From Candidatus Rariloculaceae bacterium (GTDB lineage Bacteria; Pseudomonadota; Gammaproteobacteria; Steroidobacterales; Rariloculaceae): a DNA stretch of 64,000 nucleotides. How positions within the stretch are numbered: the stretch's first letter is position 1; every line of letters starts with the position of its first letter. The notes below the pieces were generated by a model, which had not been told where the DNA came from, made no database searches, and saw only the letters and a list, made by a program, of their open reading frames with translations. The DNA lies in assembly GCA_965221035.1 (NCBI GenBank), contig OZ244860.1:1184687-1248686 (forward strand), read 5' to 3'. Shown here in pieces: positions 51,245 through 60,186 of the stretch. The position numbers and the translations under genes were made by a program.

Positions 51245-51934
51245 CTACGCGGATGTCGTGCGTACGATTCGCCCGGCCGCCAGCTCGAATACGCGATCAC
51301 ACTTGCGGGCCGCGGCCAGATCGTGCGTCACCAGGACCAGGGTGGTGTCGGCCGCGGCATTGAGCTCAAACAGCAGGCTCAAGATCCGTTCGCCGGTCTT
51401 GTTGTCCAGGTTGCCGGTGGGTTCATCGGCGAACAACAGCGATGGCCCGGTGACAAAGGCCCGGGCGATGGCGACCCGCTGCTTTTCCCCGCCGGACAAC
51501 TGCCTGGGGTAATGGCTCATGCGCCGGTCCAGCCCGACGCGGCCCAGCGCTTCCCTGGCGCGTGGCGCCTGGTCCGGCGCCCCGCCGAGTTCCAGCGGCA
51601 GCAGGACGTTCTCGAAGGCGGTAAGCGACGGCAGCAAGTGAAAGGACTGGAACACGAAACCCACCTGGCGGCTCCTCAGTCTGGCGCGACCGTCCTCGTC
51701 GAGGCCGGTGACTTCCACGCCATCCAGCCACACCTGCCCCGAGGTCGGCTCGTCCAGTCCCGCCAGAAGCGCCAGGAGCGTGGACTTTCCGGCGCCCGAG
51801 GGACCGACGACCGCGGCCGTCTCACCCCGGTTCACGGCCAGACTGGCGTCGTCGAGGATGGTCAACTCACCCTCGGGGCTGGTAACCTTTTTGGTCAAGG
51901 CCCGCGCCGCAAGCAGCGAGTTCAGTCCGATCAT
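51245..51934 (-). CDS. ybbA: ABC transporter ATP-binding protein (YbbA/LolD-like)
   Basis: Walker A GPSGAGKST, signature LSGGEKQRVAIARA, Walker B LLFADEPT. Divergent from tesA as in E. coli. Start at the ATG at 51934 (MIGLN); the longer alternative is 51979. Confidence 0.85.
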   Translation of the reverse strand: MIGLNSLLAARALTKKVTSPEGELTILDDASLAVNRGETAAVVGPSGAGKSTLLALLAGLDEPTSGQVWLDGVEVTGLDEDGRARLRSRQVGFVFQSFHLLPSLTAFENVLLPLELGGAPDQAPRAREALGRVGLDRRMSHYPRQLSGGEKQRVAIARAFVTGPSLLFADEPTGNLDNKTGERILSLLFELNAAADTTLVLVTHDLAAARKCDRVFELAAGRIVRTTSA

Positions 51935-52568
51935 GTTGTCCAAAGTTTCCGCACCCCGTCGCGTCTCGTCCCTGCTCATCGCCTGCGTCGCCGCGTGGAG
52001 CCTCGCCCACGCGGCGGGCGACGGGCCGATTGTCGTCCTCGGCGATTCTCTGAGCAGTGGCTACGGACTGAGCCGGAACGACCAGTCATGGGTTGCCCTG
52101 CTCCAGCAGCGACTTCGGAGCGAAGGGTACGGATATGACGTGGTCAACGCCAGTATTTCGGGCGACACCACTTCAGGCGGAGTCGCCCGGCTGCCCGCAT
52201 TGCTCGAGGCCCATCGCCCGTCGATCGTCATACTCGAACTGGGCGGCAATGACGGCCTGCGGGGCCAGCCGGTGTCGCATATGCGCGGCAACCTGCGGCA
52301 CATGATCGAAATGACACTTCAAGCCGGCGCGACCCCGGTGCTCGCAGGCATGCAGATCCCGCCAAATTACGGTCCCGCCTACGCCGGGGAATTCGCTCGC
52401 GCGTACCACGAACTCGCCGCGCAATTCGATATTCCATTTGTGGAATTCCTTCTGGAGGATGTCGCCCTGAACGTCGAGCTGATGCAGCCGGACAGCATCC
52501 ATCCCAACGCGGGCGGCAACGCGGTCATGCTGGACAACGTCTGGCCCGTGCTGGCGAGCCTGCTCTGA
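51933..52568 (+). CDS. tesA: GDSL-family arylesterase / acyl-CoA thioesterase I (secreted)
   Basis: Signal peptide followed by the VVLGDSLSSGYG block, GGNDG, and a C-terminal DSIHPN catalytic motif. Start at the ATG at 51933. Confidence 0.88.
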   Translation: MLSKVSAPRRVSSLLIACVAAWSLAHAAGDGPIVVLGDSLSSGYGLSRNDQSWVALLQQRLRSEGYGYDVVNASISGDTTSGGVARLPALLEAHRPSIVILELGGNDGLRGQPVSHMRGNLRHMIEMTLQAGATPVLAGMQIPPNYGPAYAGEFARAYHELAAQFDIPFVEFLLEDVALNVELMQPDSIHPNAGGNAVMLDNVWPVLASLL

Positions 52569-52616
52569 AGCGGGCGGAATATCGCGGACGCAGATCTTTC
52601 AAGGAGAACGGTAACC

Positions 52617-54284
52617 ATGACTGCCTACCAAGAAAAACCCTGGTCTAGCGCCTATCCGAGGGAAATCCCGACCGAGATCGATCCGCAAGGCTACTCGTCC
52701 TTGAAGCACATGATCGAAACCGGCTTCGAACGATTCGCGTCCTCGCCTGCCTTCTCCAACGCCGGCACGACACTCAGCTACGCGCAGGCGGATGAACTGA
52801 GCCGGCACTTCGCCGCATTCCTGCAAGCCAGGGGTCTTGAGCGCGGCGACCGCGTCGCCATCATGATGCCCAACCTGTTGCAGTACCCGGTGGCGGTGTT
52901 CGCGGCACTGCGCGCAGGCCTCGTGGTGGTCAACGTCAATCCGCTGTACACGCCCCGGGAGCTCGAACATCAGCTCAAGGACAGCGGCGCCCGGGCCATC
53001 GTCGTGCTGGAGAATTTCGCCCATACCGTAGCGCAGGTGGTAGACGGCACGGACGTGGAAACGGTGGTCGTCACCGAAATCGGGGATCATTTTCCGCCGT
53101 TCAAGCGTGCGCTCGTCAACCTCGTGGTCCGGTATGTCAAGAAGCTCGTCCCGCGTTGGAACATCGCCGACGCGGTGCGCTACCGGGCCGCGCTTGCGCA
53201 GGGGCGGCGCGCATCCTTCGAAGACGTCGACGTCGGCGCGGACGACATCGCGTTCCTGCAGTACACGGGGGGCACCACCGGCGTGGCCAAGGGAGCGGTG
53301 CTGACGCATGCCAACATGGTTGCCAACATTCTTCAGATCTCGGCCTGGTCGAAGCCGTACCTGAAGGGCCCCGGGGACATCGGAGCCGCACCGCTGCCGC
53401 TCTATCACATCTTTGCGCTGACAGTGAACCTGTTCCTGATCTTCGAACTCGGCGGACAGAGCCTCCTGATCACCAATCCGAGGGATCTTCCGGGCTTCAT
53501 CAAGGAGCTGGCGCGCCAGCCGGTGACACTCATCACCGGCGTCAACACGTTGTTCGCGGCGCTGCTGGAATCCCCCGACTTCAGGCAACTCGACTTCGGC
53601 AAGCTGAAAATCTGCCTGGGCGGCGGCATGGCGGTGCTGAGCGACGTGGCGGCCCGGTGGAAGGCCGTGACAGGACGCAGCCTGGCGCAAGGATACGGAT
53701 TGACGGAAACCTCGCCCGTCGTCACTGCCAATCCGCTCGACGGACGCGAGTTCAACGGCTCCGTGGGCCTGCCGATTCCGTCCACCGACGTGGAGATCCG
53801 CGATGATGACGGCAATACCCTGTCCATAGGCGAAATCGGCGAAATCTGTGTACACGGCCCCCAGGTCATGCGGGGCTACTGGCAGCGCTCCGAGGCGACC
53901 GCGGAAGTCCTGTCGGCGGATGGCTGGCTGCGGACCGGGGACATCGGCCGCATGGACGAGGCGGGATTCGTGTATATCGAGGATCGCAAGAAGGACATGA
54001 TCATCGTCTCGGGATTCAACGTCTATCCGAACGAGATCGAAGACGTGGCGACCGCCCATCCGGGCGTCCTTGAAGCAGCCGCCATCGGCATTGCCCACGA
54101 GCAGTCCGGCGAAGCCGTGAGGTTGTTCGTCGTCAAACGGGATCCGGAGTTGACGGCAGACGACGTCATCGCCCATTGCCGCGAACAGCTGACCCGGTAC
54201 AAGATTCCCAGGGAAGTGGTGTTCCGGGACGATCTGCCCAAGACCAACGTCGGCAAGATCCTGAGGCGGGAGCTTCGGGAATAG
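52617..54284 (+). CDS. fadD: Long-chain-fatty-acid--CoA ligase
   Basis: 555 aa with AMP-binding motifs (LQYTGGTTGVAKGAVLTH, GYGLTETSP, TGDIGRMDEAGFVYIEDRKKDMI). AAGGAGA ribosome-binding site upstream. Confidence 0.92.
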   Translation: MTAYQEKPWSSAYPREIPTEIDPQGYSSLKHMIETGFERFASSPAFSNAGTTLSYAQADELSRHFAAFLQARGLERGDRVAIMMPNLLQYPVAVFAALRAGLVVVNVNPLYTPRELEHQLKDSGARAIVVLENFAHTVAQVVDGTDVETVVVTEIGDHFPPFKRALVNLVVRYVKKLVPRWNIADAVRYRAALAQGRRASFEDVDVGADDIAFLQYTGGTTGVAKGAVLTHANMVANILQISAWSKPYLKGPGDIGAAPLPLYHIFALTVNLFLIFELGGQSLLITNPRDLPGFIKELARQPVTLITGVNTLFAALLESPDFRQLDFGKLKICLGGGMAVLSDVAARWKAVTGRSLAQGYGLTETSPVVTANPLDGREFNGSVGLPIPSTDVEIRDDDGNTLSIGEIGEICVHGPQVMRGYWQRSEATAEVLSADGWLRTGDIGRMDEAGFVYIEDRKKDMIIVSGFNVYPNEIEDVATAHPGVLEAAAIGIAHEQSGEAVRLFVVKRDPELTADDVIAHCREQLTRYKIPREVVFRDDLPKTNVGKILRRELRE

Positions 54285-54376
54285 CAGGACGCTGCGTTCG
54301 CTTGCACCGCGTACTTCGACAAGTTGGCCCGTTTTGAGGCATCCCGGACCAAGGGGCACCGTGTTAAATTGCGCCA

Positions 54377-54688
54377 ATGAAGGAAGAAGTGCGATGGCTG
54401 ATCGGCATCGGGATCATCCTCGCCGGGTTGATTCTGAACGGTCAACGTGTGAACGGAAACCGCATTGACCGGCTGGAGGCGGCGCTCGCAGAACACCGGC
54501 TGGAAGCGGCCAGGGAATTCAATCGCCTGGAGGAAGCGCTCAACGAACATCGCGCCGAAGCGGCCAGGGAGTTTGATCGGCTGGAGGAAACGCTGACCGA
54601 ACACCGATTGGAGGCGGCCAGGGAGTTCGTCGAGATCAGGAGCACCCTTGATTTTCTGCTCCCCGGTGATCCTCCAGGTGGGCAGTGA
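54377..54688 (+). CDS. Hypothetical small membrane-anchored protein with three 14-aa tandem repeats
   Basis: 103 aa with one TM segment (WLIGIGIILAGLILNG), then a repeated EHRLEAAREFxRLEExL unit three times. No strong RBS seen. Confidence 0.5.
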   Translation: MKEEVRWLIGIGIILAGLILNGQRVNGNRIDRLEAALAEHRLEAAREFNRLEEALNEHRAEAAREFDRLEETLTEHRLEAAREFVEIRSTLDFLLPGDPPGGQ

Positions 54689-54704
54689 AACGCAATCCCC
54701 AGGT

Positions 54705-55949
54705 TCAGCCGACCAGCCCCCAGAGCAGGTAGATCGCCACTCCCACCAGTCCGCCCACCAGGGTGCCGTTGATGCGGATGAACTGCAGGTCGCGGCCGAT
54801 GTAGAGTTCGATTCGCGCCGACGTGGCGGCCGGGTCCCACTGCTCGATGGTTTCGGAGATGAAGGCGCTCAGGGGGTCTCGGTAATTATTGATCAGGTAG
54901 AGGACAAGATCCCGAAGCCAGCGGTTGACCTGCCGGTTGACGTCGCCATCCTGCCTGAGCCCGTGGCCGATGCCCCTGAGTTCACCATCGATCGCCAGCC
55001 GGCTGAGGGATTCAGGATCGCGCAATGACGCCGCAAGGTACTCCCGCAACTTTTCCCAGACGTCCTGAAAGTAGCCCTGCACGGCCGGGTGGTCGAGGAA
55101 TTCGTCCTTGAGCTCCCCGGCCAGCCGCCGCATCTGGGGATCATCGCCCAGGGCCGTCCGGACCTCGGCAAGCCAGGCATTGAACCTGGCCCTTGCCGGG
55201 TGATTCCGGTCCGCGCCGATCTCGTCCAGGATGCGCCGCAACTCGTTGATCAATTGGTCATGGATTTCCCGGTCCACGAACTTCGGCAACCACCAGGGGC
55301 TGCGGTCATCGATACGATCACGTATGTGCTCCTTGCTGCGCTCCAGTTGTTCCCGGGCGAACAGCACCAGCCGGTCCACCACCGCCTGGGAGTGCCCGCC
55401 CGAAGCCACCACTTCCAGCGCGGCCTGGAATGCGGAAGATAACGGTGCCCGGTCCAGCGCCGAGCCCAATATCTCCCGAAGGGCGTTGCGCAACTGGGCG
55501 CTGTCCGTCGCGCTCAACAACCACACCAGCGCCACGCTGATGTCCCGGCCCAGGTTGCGCGCGTGGTCTTCGTCGGCCAGCCAGGCCCCCGCACGAGCGG
55601 CAAGGTCCACGTTTTCCAGGCGCGCCGCCACCGTCTCCCCGACCAGGAAATGATCGCGAATGAAATCCGCCAGCATCCGGCCGATTTCGTCCTTGCGCGT
55701 GGGCACGATGGCGGTATGCGGTACGGGCAGCCCCAGCGGATGGCGGAACAGCGCAGTGACCGCGAACCAGTCCGCCAACGCGCCGATCAGCCCGGCTTCG
55801 GCAAAGGCCTGGACCAGCCCCAGCCAGGGATGGCGCGGCAGCAGCAGGCTGGTCGCGACAAACAGGGCCGCCATGGCGAGCAGAAGGCCGGTGGCGATCC
55901 AGCGCATCCGCGCCAGCCGGCGCGCCATGAGCGCTTCGGCAGTGTTCAC
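54705..55949 (-). CDS. DUF445-family membrane protein
   Basis: 414 aa with N- and C-terminal TM segments around a long helical core. The pattern recalls the YjiN/DUF445 family, from memory only. Confidence 0.6.
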   Translation of the reverse strand: MNTAEALMARRLARMRWIATGLLLAMAALFVATSLLLPRHPWLGLVQAFAEAGLIGALADWFAVTALFRHPLGLPVPHTAIVPTRKDEIGRMLADFIRDHFLVGETVAARLENVDLAARAGAWLADEDHARNLGRDISVALVWLLSATDSAQLRNALREILGSALDRAPLSSAFQAALEVVASGGHSQAVVDRLVLFAREQLERSKEHIRDRIDDRSPWWLPKFVDREIHDQLINELRRILDEIGADRNHPARARFNAWLAEVRTALGDDPQMRRLAGELKDEFLDHPAVQGYFQDVWEKLREYLAASLRDPESLSRLAIDGELRGIGHGLRQDGDVNRQVNRWLRDLVLYLINNYRDPLSAFISETIEQWDPAATSARIELYIGRDLQFIRINGTLVGGLVGVAIYLLWGLVG

Positions 55950-56680
55950 GGCGATGCGGCTGCGATCTCCGCCTGCACCGCCTCCGCCGCCTGCCGCGGG
56001 CTCGAGGCGTTGCGGATCGGCCGACCCATCACGATGTAGTCCGCGCCGTTTGAGAACGCCCGCGCGGGGGTCACTATCCGCTTCTGGTCGTCCGGGGTGT
56101 CCGCCCCCGCGCGGCGCACACCCGGAGTCACGATCCGCGGACCGCGTCCGAGGTCGGCCCGAAGCGCGGCGGCTTCAAGACCCGAAGCGATCAGGCCGTC
56201 ACTGCCGGCGGCGACCGCCACTCGCGCGCGCCGCAACACCAGGTCTTCAACCTCCATGCTGATGCCCATGTCACGAAGGTCTTCCCTCCCGATGCTGGTG
56301 AGCACGGTGACCGCGAGAATCTGCATCGGGCCCTTCTCCGACGCCGCGGCCTCGATGATGGCGCGATCACCGTGGACCGTCACGAAGGAGGCGCCGCGTC
56401 CGGCCAGTTGGCGCACGGCCGCGGCCACGGTCGCCGGGATATCGTAGAGCTTCAGGTCCGCGAATACCCGCTTGCCGCTCTCGAGCAACCAATCCAGCAG
56501 TTGGAAGTAGCCGCCCGATGCCATGAGTTCGAGCCCGATCTTGTAGAACTCCACGGCGTCGCCCAATTCCCGCACAAGCTCCCTTGCGGCATCGGGACCG
56601 GGCACATCGAGGGCGACGATCAGGCGCTGGCGGGGCGGAATGGTCGTGCGGGGGGAAACGGATTCGGTCACGCCGGACAT
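55946..56680 (-). CDS. pyrF: Orotidine 5'-phosphate decarboxylase
   Basis: OMPdecase blocks (LIVALD, FYKIGLEL, DLKLYDIP, IVMGRPI). Start chosen at the ATG at 56680, which forms a TAATG overlap with the dgt-like stop; the track ORF extends to 56707. Confidence 0.9.
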   Translation of the reverse strand: MSGVTESVSPRTTIPPRQRLIVALDVPGPDAARELVRELGDAVEFYKIGLELMASGGYFQLLDWLLESGKRVFADLKLYDIPATVAAAVRQLAGRGASFVTVHGDRAIIEAAASEKGPMQILAVTVLTSIGREDLRDMGISMEVEDLVLRRARVAVAAGSDGLIASGLEAAALRADLGRGPRIVTPGVRRAGADTPDDQKRIVTPARAFSNGADYIVMGRPIRNASSPRQAAEAVQAEIAAASP

Positions 56681-57831
56681 TATCCGACTATTGGCGGTGT
56701 CTTGCACGCGCTCAGGTCGGCGTGAGCCCGCTGGGCGAACCGGTCCGTCATTCCCGAGATGTAGTCGGCGACGACCCGGGCCGACCCGGCCGCGCCTCCG
56801 GCTTCGCGGGCGAGCCGGGCGTGCTCGACGGGCATCAATCCCGGGTCCCGGACAAGGACAGCAAAAAGGGACGTGATGATTTCTTCCGCTTTCGCGCCCA
56901 TGCTCCGAACCTTGGGGTGGTCGTAGAGCCGCTCCCGCAGAAACGCTTTCAGTTCCCGCTGGGCGCGGGCAAGTGAGGGACTGAATCCAACCAGCGGCTC
57001 AGGATGGCCGTATACCGCCTCGACGCTTCCCGGAGACAGACACCGGATCCGCTCGCCGCTGGTGGCGACAACGTCTCGGATCAGCGTGCCGATCATGGCG
57101 CGCCCCACTTCGAAGTTTCTCTGCAGCGGGCCGATTCCCGGGTAGCGATGCTCCACCCGGCAAGCGGTCTCGTCCACGAACGCGATCCGCCGTAAGTCCT
57201 CGAATCGGATCAGTCCTGAGCGCAACCCGTCGTCCAGGTCGTGATTGTTGTAGGCGATCTCGTCCGCCAGGTTCGCGAGTTGCGCTTCAATACCCGGCTG
57301 CCCGCGCTTGCGGGCATGTTCCCCAAGTACGCCCAGTTCGCGAGCGGCCTCGCCGGAACAGCGTTTCAGGATGCCCTCGCGTGATTCGAAGGTCAGGTTC
57401 AGCCCGCGGAATGCCGCGTATCGCCGTTCCAGGCGATCCACCACCCGCAACGACTGGAGGTTGTGCTCGAAGCCTCCGTATGGCGCCATGCAGCGGTCGA
57501 GGGCGTCCTGCCCGGCGTGCCCGAATGGCGTATGGCCGAGGTCGTGGGCCAGGCTGATGGTTTCGGAGAGGTCTTCATTGACACGCAACGTACGCGCCAT
57601 GCTGCGGGCAATTTGCGCCACTTCCAGCGAATGGGTGAGCCGGGTTCGGTAGTGATCGCCCTCGTGGTTGACAAACACCTGGGTCTTGTAGACCAGGCGC
57701 CGGAAGGAAACCGAATGGATGATGCGGTCCCGGTCCCGCTGATACTCGCTTCGATGTTTCGGCGGGTCCTCTGCATGGACGCGGCCGCGGGAGGTTTCCC
57801 CGGTCGCCGCGTAGGGAGCCAACGAGTACAT
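56680..57831 (-). CDS. dgt: dGTPase-like HD-domain triphosphohydrolase
   Basis: 383 aa with HD motifs (RTRLTHSLEVAQIA, LAHDLGHTPFGH). Confidence 0.85.
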   Translation of the reverse strand: MYSLAPYAATGETSRGRVHAEDPPKHRSEYQRDRDRIIHSVSFRRLVYKTQVFVNHEGDHYRTRLTHSLEVAQIARSMARTLRVNEDLSETISLAHDLGHTPFGHAGQDALDRCMAPYGGFEHNLQSLRVVDRLERRYAAFRGLNLTFESREGILKRCSGEAARELGVLGEHARKRGQPGIEAQLANLADEIAYNNHDLDDGLRSGLIRFEDLRRIAFVDETACRVEHRYPGIGPLQRNFEVGRAMIGTLIRDVVATSGERIRCLSPGSVEAVYGHPEPLVGFSPSLARAQRELKAFLRERLYDHPKVRSMGAKAEEIITSLFAVLVRDPGLMPVEHARLAREAGGAAGSARVVADYISGMTDRFAQRAHADLSACKTPPIVG

Positions 57832-57840
57832 CGGAAAACG

Positions 57841-58962
57841 TCAGGATGCGGCCGCGCGCTTCCGGCGGGCTGGCGAACCATGCGTCCGGGCGCGGGTGTC
57901 GATCACCTGCCGCAGCAGGTCGGCATCCGGTGCGGCCATCACCGCGGCACGGCCGAGCCGTTCGAGAAAGATCATCCTCAGCCCCGCGCTCTCGGCCTTC
58001 TTGTCAAGGTTCATGGTCCGGAGCAGCGCGTCGACATCGATGTCGGGCGCCGGAGCGATGGGCAGTCGCGCACGGCGAAGCAGCGTCTCCACCCGACGGC
58101 AATCAGCCGCGTCGATCATGCCGAGGGCCTCGGAAGTCCACGCCGCCAGCGCGATCCCCGCCGCCACGGCTTCGCCGTGCAGCCAGTCCCGGTAATCGCC
58201 CAGGGACTCCAGCGCGTGGCCGAACGTGTGGCCCAGATTGAGCAAGGCGCGGCGGCCCCGCTCCAGTTCGTCCTCGGCGACGATGGCGGCCTTGACTTCG
58301 CAACTTCTTCTGACGATGTGGGCGAGCGCGTCGGCGTCCTGGTCGAGAATCGCGTCCATGTTGTCTTCCAGCCAGGCCAGGAACGCCTCGTCCAGAATCA
58401 GGCCATGCTTGATGACTTCCGCCAGCCCGGCGGAGAACTCCCGGTCCGGAAGGCTCGCAAGCGTATCCGTATCCGCCAGTACCGCGATGGGCTGGTGAAA
58501 CGCCCCGATCATGTTCTTGGCCTGCGGATGGTTCACCGCCGTCTTGCCTCCAACCGAAGCATCGACCTGCGCCAGCAGTGTCGTGGGAACCTGCGCGAAC
58601 GCGATCCCGCGCTGGTAACAGGCCGCGGCGAATCCCGTGAGATCGCCGATCACTCCGCCGCCCAGGGCCACCAGGCAGGCATCCCGACGGAAGCCCTCGG
58701 CCACCAGCCGATCCATGATCGCGCCCATCACAGCCAGATTCTTCTGCCCCTCCCCGTCCGGGAGGATGATCGTGCACCGCTGTCGGGCCGCAAGGGCGCG
58801 TTCCAACCGAGCCAGGTAGAGGGGCGCGACGATCTCGTTGGTTACGATCATCACCTGTTTCGCCGGAATGCTGCGCCGCAAGAGGTCACCGTCATCGATG
58901 AGCCCCGGTCCGATATGGATGGGATAGCTGCGTTCACCCAGCGAGACGGTGATGGTCTTCAT
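57841..58962 (-). CDS. aroB: 3-dehydroquinate synthase
   Basis: DHQS blocks (LGGGVIGDLTGFAAA, VGGKTAVN, LNLGHTFGHA). Start at the ATG at 58962. Confidence 0.94.
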   Translation of the reverse strand: MKTITVSLGERSYPIHIGPGLIDDGDLLRRSIPAKQVMIVTNEIVAPLYLARLERALAARQRCTIILPDGEGQKNLAVMGAIMDRLVAEGFRRDACLVALGGGVIGDLTGFAAACYQRGIAFAQVPTTLLAQVDASVGGKTAVNHPQAKNMIGAFHQPIAVLADTDTLASLPDREFSAGLAEVIKHGLILDEAFLAWLEDNMDAILDQDADALAHIVRRSCEVKAAIVAEDELERGRRALLNLGHTFGHALESLGDYRDWLHGEAVAAGIALAAWTSEALGMIDAADCRRVETLLRRARLPIAPAPDIDVDALLRTMNLDKKAESAGLRMIFLERLGRAAVMAAPDADLLRQVIDTRARTHGSPARRKRAAAS

Positions 58963-58981
58963 GCCGTGGCGTCGCGACAGG

Positions 58982-59566
58982 TCAATGGCCTTCCGCCGGA
59001 GCCGCCGCATCGGTAGTGGCAGTGGACGCGGACAGTGGCGCGGCGAATCCCCGCTCTCGAAGCCGTTCGCCGATCATCCGAACCGTGACCCCGATCCTCT
59101 GGTCGCCCGTGGGGACAACGACATCGGCGATCTCCTCATACACCGGACCGCGCAGTTCCATCAAGTCCCGCAACACCTCCGCCGCGTCCCGGTCCCGCAG
59201 CAGGGGCCGGTTGTCGCCATGCCGCGTTCGTTCCAATTGGTGCGCCAGGCTGGTCTTCAGGTAGACGACGGTTCCGCAGCCGCCGAGCAGTCTGCGATTG
59301 TCCGGGTCCATCACCGCGCCCCCGCCGGTGGACAGGACCACGTTTTCCCGGCGGCTGAGATCGGCGATGACCGTGCATTCCCGTGCGCGGAAGCCCTGCT
59401 CGCCTTCCTTGTCGAAGATGAAGGAGATGTCCACACCGGTTCGGCGTTCGATCTCACCGTCACTGTCCACGAAGTCCATGCCCAGATATCTGGCCAGTTG
59501 CCGACCCACCGCGGTTTTCCCGGAACCCATGGGACCCACCAGGACGACATTGGATTTGCTGTTCAT
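58982..59566 (-). CDS. aroK: Shikimate kinase
   Basis: 194 aa with Walker A GPMGSGKT and a DSD motif. Canonical pilQ-aroK-aroB order. Confidence 0.93.
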   Translation of the reverse strand: MNSKSNVVLVGPMGSGKTAVGRQLARYLGMDFVDSDGEIERRTGVDISFIFDKEGEQGFRARECTVIADLSRRENVVLSTGGGAVMDPDNRRLLGGCGTVVYLKTSLAHQLERTRHGDNRPLLRDRDAAEVLRDLMELRGPVYEEIADVVVPTGDQRIGVTVRMIGERLRERGFAAPLSASTATTDAAAPAEGH

Positions 59567-59727
59567 TCAGTCCATTCCGATCAACGAATCGCGCGACGCC
59601 CATCAAGGCGCTCCCCGCGGAGGTGATTCTAGCAGTACGAATTGGGCACACCCACGGAATTTGACGGTTTGCGATCATCGGAGGCATCATCGTCGTGATA
59701 TCCATTGCCCAGGTGGCGAAACCTCCG

Positions 59728-60099
59728 ATGGACCGATCAGTCAACGTATTCGGCGAACCGCTGGAAGACTGCAACCAGGACCCGGTAACGGGCTTCTTTC
59801 GCGACGGATGCTGCAATACCGACGACTCGGACCTGGGTTCCCACACCGTCTGCGTACGCGTCACCGAGGAGTTTCTCGAGTTTTCGTCCTCCAGGGGGAA
59901 CGACCTGTCGACCCCCCATCCGGAGTTCGGGTTTCCGGGTCTTCAGCCCGGCGACCGCTGGTGTCTGTGCGCGGTGCGCTGGCTCGAGGCCTTTCAGCAC
60001 GGCATGGCGCCGCGTGTGATGCTCAAGTCCACCCACGCCCGCGCCCTGGAAGTGGTTCCGCTGTCAGTACTGAGAGAGTACGCGGCCGACCTGAATTGA
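59728..60099 (+). CDS. DUF2237-family protein
   Basis: NVFGEPLEDCNQDPVTGFFRDGCCNT...GDRWCLC pattern. ATG at 59728 preferred over the track GTG at 59695. Confidence 0.7.
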   Translation: MDRSVNVFGEPLEDCNQDPVTGFFRDGCCNTDDSDLGSHTVCVRVTEEFLEFSSSRGNDLSTPHPEFGFPGLQPGDRWCLCAVRWLEAFQHGMAPRVMLKSTHARALEVVPLSVLREYAADLN

Positions 60100-60186
60100 A
60101 CCGCCGTGCCTGCGGAACCCGCCGCGTTACGGAGACACCCGAAACCCGGCCGAGGCCCGGTGGCCTCCCAATCCCCCGACCGGGAC

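Noticed and set aside
52599-54377. 592-aa ORF on the - strand
   Set aside because: Antisense shadow of fadD (AMP-binding motifs on the + strand), with no recognisable motif of its own.
57463-59016. 517-aa ORF on the + strand
   Set aside because: Antisense to the dgt-like gene and aroB.
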